64,000 nucleotides of DNA from Octopus vulgaris (Eukaryota), in NCBI GenBank assembly GCA_951406725.2, contig OX597821.1, positions 22,692,001-22,756,000 on the forward strand. Direction: 5' to 3'. Both the position numbers and the translations under genes were made by a program. The notes beneath the pieces are model-generated. The model made no database searches. It worked only from the letters and a program-made list of their open reading frames with translations, and had not been told where the DNA came from. Below, piece after piece: positions 32,621 to 47,532 of this stretch. Within the stretch, counting starts at the first letter, position 1; each line of letters opens with the position of its first letter.

Positions 32621-35600
32621 AGAGAGAATTCGGATTGATTTAACGTCTGTTTTCCATGCTAGCATGGGTTGGACGGTTCGACCGGGGATCTGGGAAGCCA
32701 GAAGGTTGCATCAGGCTCCGGTCTTATCTGGCAATGCTTCTACAGCTGGATGCCCTTCCTAACACCAACCACTCCGTGAGTGTAGTGGGTGCTTTTTACG
32801 TGCCACCTGCACTGGTGCCAGGCGAGGCTGGCATCGGCCACGGTCGGATTGGTGCATTTTACGTGCCACCTGCACAGAAGCCAGTCGAGGCGGCACTGGC
32901 TTCGGCCACGATTCGGATAGTGCTTTTTACGTATCTCCAGTCCAGGGGTCCTGTCCTAGACAATTCTGCTCTCAATGCTGTTTTCATGGCTTCATACCCA
33001 AACCAGTGCAATTTTCCTAATAGCTATTTTCACAACTCTTTACCAACTCAGAGATGGTGAAGAGTCAATACCAGACATTTTTGCAGCATTGTGCAGATCA
33101 GGTTAATCATAAAGATTTCAACTCCTGTAAATATGATGTTCTTATAATTCGATGCTGTGTTTTTATGAAGCCATGTTTAAGTGACTCCCTTGGTCACAAA
33201 TGATCGTGGGTGCACCTAAGAGGTTCCCCTCCAGGGTACAAGTCTGGATGGAAAGTCACCTCACCAGCAAATGCACACTCTAGGGTTGTTTTTATGGAAG
33301 ATCAGCAGTCGCCCATGCATACCTGCCTCTCCTCTCTGCACCACTGATGTTATCCGAGGGAAGGGCAAAGGCTGATACAGCTTGGCACCTGTGACGTCGC
33401 AAATCATTTCTACAGCTGAGTGAACTGGAGCAACGTGAAATAAAGTGCCTTGCTCAAGAGCATAACTCACAGCCTGGTCCAGGAATCAAACTCACAACCT
33501 CACAATCGTAAGCTCAATGCTCCAACCACTGAGCCATGTACCTTCACTATGAAGCCATGTAAAATTGTACCAATAATAAATATGTATACAAACTGTCACC
33601 AAGTCTTGTCATAACTACTCGCTACAGTCTTGTTACATCCACATTAAATAAACACAGGAGTTAAATGAAGGATGGCAATAAACATACATTGTTAACTTCA
33701 AGTGTTGATGTTTCATCACATTTTCTTATGTAAAAATTTTCCAGGGGAATAGATTCAAATGAAACTGATGCTTCAGGATTTTCTTTGCTTTGTAAGATAG
33801 CCTAATGGTTGGGGTGCCAAAGCACTGTAAGTGAATTTGGTAGATGGAAACTGAAAGAAGCCTGTTGTATACTTTGCATGTGTCTGTGTTAGTATCTACA
33901 TACCTTGACATAGGATGATAGCTGTAAAGGAATGTCACTGTCCTCTCTCACTCGCTTCTCCAGTTCTCGCATCCTTAATGTTCTGCTGGGTAAAAGAGTT
34001 AGTGTTGATGTTTCATCACAATTGCTTATGTAAACATTTTCAATGGGAATTGCTTTAAATGAAACTGATGCTTCATGGTTTTCTGTGCTTTGTAATATAG
34101 CCTAATGGTTGGGGTGTTGCACTTGTGATCATAAGATGGTGGTTTCAGTTCTTGGACCAAGCATTGCATCATGTTCTTGAGCAAAACCCTTCATCGTCAT
34201 CATGATATTGATGATGATGATGATGACACCACTACCACTAACATTAGCACCACAATCACTACCACCTTCATGTTATGCTTGTGTTTCAAGGCTTGCATGG
34301 ATTGGCTAGCTCTTCTAAAGTCCTTTTCCTTTTTTTTTTTTGCTTTTGTTTTGGTGTGGTCCTTTGCAAAAGTACATGACCCAGTAGTTAGTAAGTTGCA
34401 CTTACAATTGCAAGATCATGACTTTGATTCCATGGCCAGGTTGTATACAGAGTTCCTGGGCAAAACACTTAATTTCACAGAGCTCCAGTCCACTCAGCTG
34501 TGAATGAGCTTCTACAATGGCCGAGAAGTTAACAAGTTAACCCGTCAATGGACAAGTGTTCTGTTCAGTGGGGGTAAGTGGTGGTGGTGGTGGTGATGAT
34601 GATGATGATAATGATGATGATGATGCTGCTGCTGCGAGTTATGCTCTTGAGCAAGGCGCTTTATTTCACGTTGCTCCAGTTCACTCAGCTGTAGAAATGA
34701 TTTGCGACATCACAGGTGCCAAGCTGTATCGGCCTTTGCCTTTCCCTTGGAAACTGGGCTAAATTCTGTCCTTATGAGTTTTTAAGGGGTTGTAGCAGGT
34801 CTGATATTGATGTGTTTTGTATCATTGTCAAAGTTGATGATGCTGCTGTAATTGTTGTGGTGTGAGATAAGGCTGGCTGCATATAGTAATATATCATAAC
34901 AAAAGCAGACCCCAAAACATTTTGACAACTGATTTTATCTAGGAAAGGTTAACTATGTAAGAAAGAACCCCTTCAGTCATGAATGAGCATAGGATTGCAC
35001 CAAGAAAGTTCCCCTGTAAAGCACAAGTCCTGGCAAGATTGTTTTGTGGAACACCATCAGTTGCCTATGCATGCCAGTCCCATTCTAAGGCTAAGAATAC
35101 ATAAATTCTCAAATCCTCACCTGTAACAAGATTATCATCATCATTTAACATCTGTTTTCCATGCTGGCATGATTTGGATGGTTTGACAGAAGCTGGCCAC
35201 ACTCCAATTGTCTGTTGTGTTCTAGTTTCCACGGTTGGTTGCCCTTCCCAATACCAACAACTTTACAGGGTGTGCTGGGTCTCTTTCACATGCCACCAGT
35301 GCAGGTGCATTTACACAGCACTAGCACCAATGCATTTTATGTGGTACCAGCCCCTATAAAAGACAAATCTGTATGTGTGGATGACAGTGATTTTACTTAG
35401 CTCAAAGTGTCTTCTCAAGTACTTGTGTGTTAATAACAGGTTAAAAAACCCTTTGGATGCAAAAAGTTGAAGGCTGTTTATGGGGCCACAAACCCGCTTC
35501 TCCTATAAATATGAGAGGTGTTCTACCACCGGACCAAAGCAATTCTTTGAATTTCTCTATCCATTTTGAAAACTTTAATCTTACCAGCAAGAATTGTAAA

Positions 35601-36399
35601 GAGGGATTGACTTAATTGTATTTGTTCAGCCATTAGTTGTCTGGAAAATGAGAGACAAAATGGTACAAGTCTGCCAAAATTCTATCTTTTATCTTTTACT
35701 TGTTTCATTCATTAGATGGTGGCCATACTGGGGCACTGCCTTGAAGAAGTTTTAGTCAGATGAATATTTTTCTTTAAGTCTGGTACTTATTATATTGATC
35801 TCTCTTTACCGAACCACTAGTTTACTGGGATGCAAACAAACCAACACCAGTTGTCAAGCAGTGGTGTTGGTCAAACAGACACAAACACACACACCACATC
35901 CAGTGAGTTCACTGTCATCAATTAACGGTTTCTTTTTTACAATAAAATAGTTTTTAACTATTAATGGTGAGTTGCTATGGATACATTTTCTCAGCAAACT
36001 TTTCTCATGGTGAACTCTCCTCAAGGTGAATTGATGATAGTGAACTTAACAATAATCCACACATACACACACTCATATATATATATGATGGGCTTCTTTC
36101 AGTTTCCATCTACAAAATCCACTTACAAGGATTTGGTCAGCCTGAGGTTATAATAGAAGACACTTGTCCAAGGTGCTACACACTGGGACTGAACCCGGAA
36201 CCATGTGGTTGGGAAGCAAGCTTCTTACTGCACATCTACACCTGCGCCTAACTTGTTAAATTTTTTCCTGATATCCCCCACTCCATATGCATGCACACAT
36301 GTATATTATGACTCCTACACTGTTCACTTACTTGACCTTTGTACATAATTCTATGTACTGTACATGCACCTTTGATGAGTTGTAGTGCACCTGAGCACT

Positions 36400-36791
36400 C
36401 TCTTTTCTCTTTTACTTGTTTCAGTCATTTTACTGCAGCCATGCTGGAGCACCGTCTTTAGTCGAGCAAATTGACACCGGGACTTATTCTTTGTAAGCCC
36501 AGTACTTATTCTATCGGTCACTTTTCCCGAACCGCTAAGTGACGGGGACGTAAACACACCAGCATCGGTTGTCAAGCAATGCTAAGGGGACAAACACAGA
36601 CACACAAACATATATATATATACATATATACGACAGGCTTCTTTCAGTTTCCGTCTACCAAATCCACTCACAAGGCATTGGTCGGCCCGGGGCTATAGCA
36701 GAAGACACTTGCCCAAGATGCCACGCAGTGGGACTAAACCTGCAACCATGTGGTTGGTTAGCAAGCTACTTACCACATAGCCACTCCTGCG
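36400..36791 (-). mobile_element. SINE family A
   Basis: Full-length reverse complement copy. Confidence 0.9.
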
Positions 36792-37199
36792 CACTATACA
36801 CAATAATTTCATTATTATAGTAGAAGACACTTGCCCAAGGTGCCTACCATGCAGTGGGATTGAACCTGAAATTATATAGTTTCAAAGCAAGCTTCTTAAA
36901 CATACAGCCACGCTAGCACCTTTAGTCATGTCTGGAGTCTAGTAACAGGTATTGTCACTGACAGTCTTCCTTTATCTTTGCATAATCAACTATTTTATTT
37001 TCAGACTTCATACTTGAGTGACAAGGTGTAGGAAGAAATACAAAATGTATTGATAAGAAAGAGAAGAACTATTTATAAAATGTGTTTATTAAATAAGCAA
37101 AAAAAAAAAGTAATAAAACAGCAGTGAGTCACATTTTAGCTACATCACGATTGCATGAAATAAATAAAATAAATTAATAGGTATGTACAAAGCAACAAT

Positions 37200-38420
<1,221 letters not shown>

Positions 38421-38709
38421 TCAACTCTCCTGTCCAGTCATTGTGATTGGCTATCAAGTGGAATGGGCTGATGTAGTGACATCAGTCATCAAACAAAGGC
38501 TCAGAATCTAATGGTGAGGTAGGCTAAGACAAACTGGTAAACCACGGCTGAGTACAAGAAGGTTCATTCTACACCCTCGTCAGAAATCAAGCTCATTACA
38601 ATTTAATGAGGTACAACTTTGAAGTCATACCACTGCTCTTAGAAGATGGTTTCATGTAAATTGTATTTTGTAGATGATGTATAGCTTATTTTAATACCAC
38701 CATATATAC

Positions 38710-38770
<61 letters not shown>

Positions 38771-38887
38771 CAGACAGAAAAAGAGAGATATATAGACAAA
38801 TAGGCAACTATGTTGATAATATGTGTGTGTATATATATATAAATATATATATATACATATGTTTGTATATATATATAAATATATAAT

Positions 38888-39097
38888 GTTATATAATTAG
38901 GGCTCAGTAAAATAATTTACTTTACTACACACTGAAACTTTTAGAAAGTTTCAATGTGTGGTAGAGTAAATTATTTTACTGAGCCCTAATTATATAACGT
39001 AATATTTTAAATATAACTTGAATGGTCCTTTTACATACTGAACACTGCTTGGTGGAATTAATTAATAATTAATTGATTTTACCCTTTTATTATTGAT

Positions 39098-39100
<3 letters not shown>
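38888..39100. mobile_element. Fold-back Penelope-like element in (TA)n
   Basis: 54-bp arms 38888-38941 and 38945-38998 plus tail; homologous to 52916-53190. Confidence 0.75.
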
Positions 39101-39144
<44 letters not shown>

Positions 39145-39999
39145 GTTTGTATATATATATATATATACCTAATACATCAGTGTCAGAGTCCCACAAAACA
39201 TAGCTGCTGAGGAAAGTCTGTTTTTTATGCCCACCCCCACTCCCGAGCGAAAATAGAAATGTCATCATTTATTGTACTCATAGTGAAACAAAGCAAGGAG
39301 GAGAAAAATAAAGACAATCTGTTCGTTCATCAAGCCATATTGGTAGTCAATGGTGGTGGTCATGGCAGTGTGATGATGATGACAGCGGTGGGTTGATCTA
39401 TGACGATTAACTCCAGTTGTAAACATTTAAATTGTAGACTATATATATATACACATATAAATATATGTATATGTATGTAGATATAAACATACAATTTATA
39501 GTCTGTATTAAATATATAGCACATGTATATTCTATATCAAATATATAGTGCAACAGCATGTATATAAAAAAATATATCGCCGAGAATATATATTAGATAT
39601 GTTAAATTCATGTTTTTAAGTAAGTCTGTACATGTGTGTGTATGTGCTTATGTTTATGAGTATAAGCATGAATACAATACAGATATATGTATACATATAT
39701 ATACACATATACACATACAGGTACATATATGTATATATGTATGTACTGTATTGTAGAAAATATGTATAAATGTGTATGTATATATATATATATATATATA
39801 TAAATGTACGTACACATATATACAGAGGTTATTCTTGGTCTCACCTGTTTAAAGAAACATAGTAAGGCCACATGCAATAAAGTACTCCAACTATGAAATA
39901 CAAAGCATGAAAATATTTTATAGTAAACAGCAAAGTCCAATAAAAAGCATTTCTTTAAATTCAGAAACACATCTTTTGTTGGGCTCACTGTTTTAATAA

Positions 40000-40049
<50 letters not shown>

Positions 40050-40177
40050 TGCACACATATGTATATACATATACACATATGCAACCATATATACATACAT
40101 GCATGTACAAATTTATATATTCATATACATGTACATATATAGATCTCTATAAATACATGTGTGTGCGCGCGCGTGTG

Positions 40178-40213
<36 letters not shown>

Positions 40214-40746
40214 TACACACACACATATATTGTGTATATATGTATGTATATACTCATACACATAAAGATAGTAGCACATACACACAATGCTAGTTTCTTT
40301 GTATACGTATATAAAAAAAAAAAAAAAAGGCGTTTCGTGAATTCAGTAGTAAAAAAACTGGGTTTCTCCGGAAAATATATATAGAAAATATATTCAATAC
40401 AAAATCTGTATAGAAAATATATTCGATGGTCTCAACCAAGTAATGTTACATATAATGACGTGTGTCTGTTTGTGTGTGTGCATATGCGCGTGTGTATGTA
40501 GAGTCTGTCAGAGTCGAGACACGATGACGGACAAACAATCAGCAGTAGAAAAAGACTAACGAGGAAGGCAATGTGGCAAGTCAATTAAGAGCAACCAAAG
40601 AGGTTGTATATATGTATGTATGTATGTATGTATGCATATTTGCATACATGTGTGTGTGTGAGTATTTGCATTTGTGCATGGATGTAAATTTGTGTGTAAG
40701 TATGTATGCATATATTTATATATATATATATTCAAACATATAAGGG

Positions 40747-41120
40747 ATGGCCATAATAGGACATCCGACTCACTAGAAAGAGCAGCCAAATTCCAAACCA
40801 CTAGTAGTTGTAACTCTGAAATGAATGCTGACGAGGCAACGCCAGTGGTAAATAAATTAATTAAATTAATTTATTTTCAAAAGATTGCCGAAACTATGCA
40901 TAGTCCAGAAAGGAGAGGGTAAACGTTTTTATTTCTCTTTCCATTTCAGAATTACAACTATTAGTGGTTTGGAGTTTGGCTGCTCTTTCTAGTGAGTCGG
41001 ATGTCCTATTATGGCCATGTATATTATATAGTCTATTGACTATTTTTTCTTTCTCACTTGACCACTGGTAGCAGAGAATTTTTCTAGAATTTTTTGCTAC
41101 CCTAAAATTTATTAATTATT
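40747..41120. mobile_element. Fold-back Penelope-like element with a hammerhead in the loop
   Basis: 77-bp arms 40747-40823 and 40942-41018, about 100-bp tail, TA-rich flanks. Confidence 0.8.
40826..40907 (+). ncRNA. Hammerhead ribozyme motif with intact core
   Basis: TG-CTGACGA-GGCAA-(AT-rich hairpin)-TTGCC-GAAA-CTATGCATAG-TC-CA; GUC cleavage triplet, palindromic stem III; stem I only 2 bp. Confidence 0.75.
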
Positions 41121-41204
41121 TATATATATATATATGAATACATGATAAATATATGTATATCTATACATACATATTATATATGTAAATATATATGATGATG
41201 ATGA

Positions 41205-41251
<47 letters not shown>

Positions 41252-41308
41252 TGTACATATATCATACATCTACATATTTATATATATATATATATATATA
41301 CACACAAG

Positions 41309-41555
41309 TGGAGGTGCGAGGCTTAGTGGTTAGGGTATCAGCACCATGATCGTAAGATTGTGGTTTCAATTCCTGGACCGGTCGACGCGTTGTGTTCTTG
41401 AGCAAAACACTTCCTTTCACGTTGCTCCAGTCCACTCAGCTGGCAAAAATGAGTAACGCTGCGATGGACTGGTGTCCCATCCACCTGGGAAACACATACG
41501 CCATAGAAACCGGGAAGCCGGGCCCATGAGCCTGGCTAGGCTTTAAAAGGGCGCA
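41309..41555 (+). mobile_element. tRNA-derived SINE family D
   Basis: GGAGGTGCGAGGCTTAGTGGTTAGG head, B-box-like GTTTCAATTCC, TTCTTGAGCAAAACAC block. Confidence 0.8.
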
Positions 41556-41940
41556 TGTATATTTTTTTTATACACACACATATATAGATAGATATACACA
41601 TACATACATGTGTGTGTGAGTGTGTGTGTGTGTACATAGTGTAGTTGCGCACATATAAGTCTGTGTGTTTACATATACACACAAAGACTATCACATCACG
41701 TATACACACATGTTTCGGAATGGATTTCAGTAGTTTTTACTTTAATGAAATGTCATAGAGTTTCTGTTTTTCGTTTTTGTTGTGTATTTTTTTTTTTTAA
41801 ATATAATATTTTTGTTCGTTAATTATTTCTACTGTCACACCACTGCATATATACTTGTTGCATAAAATATGCACATCAATTTCTGCATGCAAGCTGTAGT
41901 GGTGGTGTGACACCTTTGAATGAATGCAAATTGCATTCTG

Positions 41941-42096
41941 TCACCGATTCAAATGTTGCATAAAAACAGGGTGTGTGAGTAGCTCCTTAGCTGGCGGTCT
42001 GTCTTCGGACTTTACTTCCAAACAACGAAGCATAATGTCACGTACACCGGGGGACATCTTCTGTGGTATTGGTGGAGGCTGCACCGATGAAGCTAT
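41941..42096 (-). CDS. MAP3K1: MAP3K1/MEKK1 last coding exon (kinase subdomains X-XI, stop)
   Basis: AG acceptor; IASSVQPPPIPQKMSPGVRDIMLRCLEVKSEDRPPAKELLTHPVFMQHLNR*, matching the MEKK1 C-terminus; phase 0. Confidence 0.96.
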   Translation of the reverse strand: MASSVQPPPIPQKMSPGVRDIMLRCLEVKSEDRPPAKELLTHPVFMQHLNR

Positions 42097-42657
42097 CTGC
42101 AAGGACCAAACCAAAGAAAAACAATTAAAAAAAAAGATTAACTACAATGTAATAAGAATATATAAACTTCAAGAAAACATGAAATAATTCTTTCTTGGTA
42201 TGGTGGATCTTGAAGCACACAGAACTATAAATATGAGTGTGTAAATATTGGGTAAAAAAAAGCCCTTCAGATAAAAAAGAAATCAAAGGTTGCTTATGGA
42301 GTATGAACCTGTATCTCGTGTAGACATGGCAGATGTTCTACCACTGGACCAAAGCAATCCTTTGAATTTCTCTTTCCTATATGGAAACTTTATTCTTACC
42401 AGCAAGCAATGTATCTTTCATCCTTTACTTGTTTCAGTCATTCAACTGCAGCCATGCTGGGGTACCACCTCGAGGAGTTTTTAATAGAATAAATCAACCC
42501 CAGAGCAGTTTTTTTTTTTTTTTAAAAGTCTGTTGCTATTGGCATCTTTTTGCTGAACCAGTAATTTACAGTGATGTAAACATACCAACACAGGTTGCCA
42601 AGCAGTGGTGGGGGACAATCACAGACACAAAGACACCCCACCACACACACACATATA

Positions 42658-42874
42658 TGAGGGGGTGCTGTAAAGTTCCTGGCCTTGGGTAAAAGAAAAT
42701 ATAGGAGGATCAGTTAATTATGATTTTATTCAACATGTTACCCTCTCAGATTCACACACTTATTGCAGTGGTCCTTCAGTTTTTCTAAATTCTGTAAAAG
42801 AACATGGAAGGTTGGGCTTCCAACCAGGCCTTTCTCGACACCCTTAAAGCCAAGAACTTTTCAGCACCCCCTCA
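42658..42874. mobile_element. Tc1/mariner MITE nested in a SINE A copy
   Basis: TIR TGAGGGGGTGCTGTAAAGTTCCTGGC/GCCAAGAACTTTTCAGCACCCCCTCA, TA TSD. Confidence 0.85.
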
Positions 42875-43020
42875 TACACATGATAGGCTTCTTTCAGTTT
42901 CTGTCTACCAAAGCCACTCAAAGGGTTCCAGTTAGCCTGAGGCGATAATAGAAGACACTTGCCCAAGGTATCATGTAATGGGACTGAACCCAGAACAATG
43001 TAGTTGAGAAGCAAGTTTCT

Positions 43021-43790
43021 TATTTCTTTATTGCCCGCAAGGGGCTAAACATAGAGGGGCCAAACAAGGACAGACAAAGGGATTAAGTCAATTACATTAA
43101 CCCCGGTGCGTAACTGGTACTTAATTTACCAAACTCAAAATAATGAAAGGCAAAGTAAACCTCAGCGGAATTTGAACTCAGAACGTAATGGCAGACGAAA
43201 TACCTATTTCTTTACTACTCACAAGGGGCTAAACACAGAGAGGACAAACAAGGACAGACAAATGGATTAAGTTGATTATATCGACCCCAGTGCGTAACTG
43301 GTACTTATTTAATCGACCCTGAAAGGATGAAAGGCAAAGTTCACCTCAGCGGAATTTGAACTCAGAACGTAACGGCAGACGAAATACCTATTTCTTTACT
43401 ACCCACAAGGGGCTAAACACAGAGAGGACAAACAAGGACAGACAAATGGATTAAGTCGATTATATCGACTCCAGTGCGTAACTGGTACTTATTTAATCGA
43501 CCCTGAAAAGATGAAAGGCAAAGTCGACCTCAGCGGAATTTGAACTCAGAACGTAACGGCAGACGAAATACCTCTTTCTTTACTACCCACAAGGGGCTAA
43601 ACACAGAGAGGACAAACAAGGACAGACAAATGGATTAAGTTGATTATATCGACCACAGTGCGTAACTGGTACTTATTTAATCGACCCCAAAAGGATGAAA
43701 GGCAAAGTCGACCTCGGCGGAATTTGAACATAATGGCAGACGAAATACCATTAAGCATTTCGCCCAGCGTGCTAACGTTTCTGCCAGCAA
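43021..43790 (-). repeat. Tandem array of four 184-bp units of SINE family B (MetaSINE-like)
   Basis: Units start at 43021, 43205, 43389 and 43573; GCCTTTCATCCTTTCGGGGTCGAT..AAGTACCAG Meta-domain-like block. Confidence 0.9.
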
Positions 43791-44559
43791 GTTTTTTTGC
43801 CATACAGTCATGCCTGCACTTGAATGTTGGAAGTTGCTAAATTCCTATGACATCAACAACATACAATTCTTGCTGGTAAGATTAAAGTTTTTTTTTTTAA
43901 AGTTGATTACATCAACCCCACTACTTAACTGGTACTTATTTTATCAACCCCAAAAGGATAAAAGGCAAAGTTGACCTCAGTGGAATTTGAACTCAGAATG
44001 TAAAGACAGAGCCCTGCATGCTAACAATTCTGCAATTTTGCTGCCCAAATAATATTAAATATAAAACAAAGCAAAACAATGACATACGTATTCAATCTTA
44101 ATATATTTCACCAGATTTGAATATGAATATGCTAATCACTATTGTATTTTGTCTATGAAGAACACGTCCTTGATTCTCATTTGTATAACTCCTCCCACAA
44201 ACACTCATTCATTTACTCCCTCTCCTCTTTCTTATCCTGTCTCTATGATTCTTTCTGTTTCACTGCGTGAAATTTCTGATCTTTCTTTGTACTGTGACGA
44301 TCTGATTATCTCCCTTGTAATAGCAGTAGTAAGCAAGTGTTTGGGACATAAACGAACGTGAAATTTTGATAGAAAAATTGTCATCTAGATAATTTTTAAA
44401 CAGGAAGTTTGTATCACAGAACCTGGGTGCATTCTCAATCAGGTTGGTATCAAAAGGGTTAAAGACAGATGCATGAAATAAGCAAAAAAGTTTTTAAATG
44501 TGAAGAATTATAACAAGGAAAGGAAGTCTTAAAAAAAAATTAACCATTTTACTCTTTTT

Positions 44560-44930
44560 TTAATTCTTTTACTTGTTTCAGTCATTTGACTGAGGCCAAG
44601 CTGGATCACTGCCTTTAGTCAAGCAAATCGACCCCCAGGACTTATTCTTTGTAAGCCTAGTACTTATTCTATCGGTCTCTTTTTGCCGAACCGCTAAGTT
44701 ACGGGGACATAAGCACACCAGCAGCGGTTGTCAAGTGATGTTGGGGGGACAAACACAGATACACAAACATATACATACATATATACGACGGGCTTCTTTC
44801 AGTTTCCGTCTACCAAATCCACTCACAAGGCTTTGGTCAGCCCAAGGCTATAGTAGAAGACACTTGCCCAAGGTGCCACGCAGTGGGACTGAACCCAGAA
44901 CCATGTGGTTGGTAAGCAAGCTAGTTACCA
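44560..44930 (-). mobile_element. SINE family A
   Basis: Reverse complement copy. Confidence 0.88.
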
Positions 44931-45745
44931 TATTTCTGTTGAAATAAACCTAATTTGTTTCAATTAACTTTGAAAATAATGAAGAATTTAGTAAACAGTG
45001 ACCAAAAATTTGAGAACTTTGTATTAACTAAACAGAAAAAATAAGTTGACATGTGAATTTAACGCATATTTTTCCTTATAATTCCTTAATTTCAATTTCA
45101 AATTTCTATTCTTACTCAAAAGATTAATCAGTCGGGGTCACCATTTTATAATGGAAGGCAACGTTTACAATATTGGGAGAATATCGCCTTCTCCCATTAT
45201 ATTTTGTTTGTCGTATACTTCAGACTCCAGCAGGCGAAGAAAGAAGTCTTTAAGTACAAATGCAATTTACAACCGGTTTATTTACAAGATTCACAGAATA
45301 GGTGAAGTGCATTGCTCTCAGCAACCATCTCGAGCTGTGTGCATTGTGTTGTATCTCCACTAGTGTGGGCACATTGCCTCTGCAGGTACAACATGCAGAC
45401 AGGCCCAGCCAGTGAAGTGTGCTCAGCAAGCACTGCTGCATCAAAGCAGAGAGAGAGAGAATGAGTCTGTTTCTGTTTTGCCTTATATACAGTTTGCTAT
45501 CATGAGCCTCGTTGTGATGTTGCACATGGGAAATGGATGCAGGTGAGGTCTCGCTCCAGTCTCGGAGATGGCAGTGGCTGCCGCAAGATCTCATCCAATA
45601 TGGCGCTGACTGCTTGTGCCACTACAGCTTCAATTGATTTTGAAAATGATGAAGTGTCTAATAACTTCATCATGAATTAAGCTAGTGTTTTGGGCTTGAA
45701 ATTTTGACTGGAGATTTTAATTAAAAAATTCTTTTTAAACAAAAA

Positions 45746-45932
45746 GGCGCAGGAGTGGCTGTGTGGTAAGTAGCTTGCTAACCAACCACATGGTTGCGGG
45801 TTCAGTCCCACTGCATGGCATCTTGGGCAAGTGTCTTCTGCTATAGCCCCGGGCTGACCAATGCCTTGTGAGTGGATTTGGTAGACAGAAACTGAAAGAA
45901 GCCTGTCGTATATATGTATATATATATATATA

Positions 45933-45976
<44 letters not shown>

Positions 45977-46180
45977 TGTCTGTGTTTGTCTAGCATTGCT
46001 TGACAACCGATGCTGGTGTGTTTACGTCCCCATCACTTAGCGGTTCGGCAAAAGAGACCTATAGAATAAGTACTGACTGGGCTTACAAAGAATAAGTCCC
46101 AGGGTCGATTTGCTCGACTAAAGGTGGTGCTCCAGCATGGCCGCAATCAAATGACTGAAACAAGTAAAAGAGTAAAAGAG
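45746..46180 (+). mobile_element. SINE family A
   Basis: Full-length copy. Confidence 0.9.
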
Positions 46181-46559
46181 AAGAAATTTGTAACAGAGAA
46201 CCAAGGGTGGTCTCAGGCGGGATGGCATCAAAACGGTTAAAGCCAAATGGTTTAGGCTAGCACTCCATCTGATCTGATCAATGGAACAGCCCACTCATGA
46301 AATTAATGTGTAAGTGGCCAAGATATGCATCTCTTAATGTAGTTCTGAGGGAAAGTCAGCATGACACAGGATGTGACAAAATTGGCCCTTTTGAATTACA
46401 CGTACGGCTCATTCTTGCTGTGTGAGTGAACTAGAGCAACATGAAATAAATTGTCTTGCTCAAAGACATAATGTGCAGCCAAATATTGAACTCACAACCT
46501 TATGATCAGGAGAAAAATTACTTGACCACTAAGCCATGCAACTTCACAATATAGTTTAA

Positions 46560-47031
46560 CCCTTTCGTTACCAACCCAGCTGAAACCAGCTCTGGCTCTG
46601 AGTACAAATGTCTTGTTTTCCTAAGTTTTTAATTAAATTCTTCCACCAAACCTGAGTCACAATTTATATGCCTAACACTAGCTGAATGATAACTAAGTTA
46701 TTTTAGTAAACTCTTTGTTATATTTAAAATCAATTGAAAGAAACACAGAGCATCTCAACAGAAATATGGTAACAAAAGGGTTTAAATATATATAACAGAG
46801 AAACAATTCTTAACCCTTTTGATACCAATCCGGCTAAAACCAGCTCTGGCTCTGAGTACAAATGCCTTGTTTTCCTCAGTTTTTAATTAAAATCTACCAA
46901 ACCTTAGTCACAATTTATGTTCCTAACATTAGTTGAATGATAACTAAGTTATTTTAAGTAAATTCTTTGTTATATTAAAATTAATTGAAAGAAACACAGA
47001 GCATCTCAAAATAAATACAGTAACGAAAGGG
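46560..47031. mobile_element. Two tandem piggyBac-type MITEs (46560-46780 and 46814-47031)
   Basis: TTAA|CCCTTT(C/T)G...GTAAC(G/A)AAAGGG|TT(T)AA; related fragments near 3781-3920, 9995-10590 and 44330-44462. Confidence 0.85.
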
Positions 47032-47072
47032 TTAACTATAAACAAATAACAAAACATTTGAAGAAGTCTTAC

Positions 47073-47204
47073 TCGAAAAATTAAAGCCAAATGGTTTGAT
47101 ATGTCATTAGCATTCCATGGTGGTTTTGTTGTGGCCATTTCAATCATTACACAGCCAACACTCCACACATCACAACCTCGTCCATAGCTCTCCCCTCGGA
47201 GTAC
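47073..47204 (-). CDS. MAP3K1: MAP3K1 exon (kinase subdomain IX)
   Basis: AG/GT; [44 protein letters not shown]; 132 bp. Confidence 0.97.
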
Positions 47205-47532
47205 CTGATGGAATGATAGAGAAATAAACAGATTGAATTACAGAGTAAATCTTAATTAATATGATTAAACACTTTTTTAATTATTCAACAGTCTCACAGC
47301 ATAAAGATTTAATTCGAAGGTTTTTATATTAGTTTTCAAGATGTACATGTATAGATTGCTTGTTCTTTAGAGTGTGTGTGCGTGCATGTATGAGTGTGTG
47401 TGTGAGAGAGAGAGAGAGAGAGTGACTGAGTGACTGTGTGTGTGTGTGTGGTTCTGTAGCATGGGGGAGATGGAATAGTGAAACAAGCAGTAATGAAGTA
47501 ATGATAGAATGATAGAATGTCAGTAATTTTAC

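Noticed and set aside
43021-43790. Regularly spaced repeats as a CRISPR-like array
   Set aside because: Whole 184-bp units repeat with no unique spacers; they are SINE multimers in eukaryotic DNA.
45490-45546. AG...GTGAG-bounded mini-exon on the plus strand, or a second inverted exon copy
   Set aside because: Only about 10-nt matches (GTTGTGATGT) to the subdomain IX exon, not colinear, and no partner exons.
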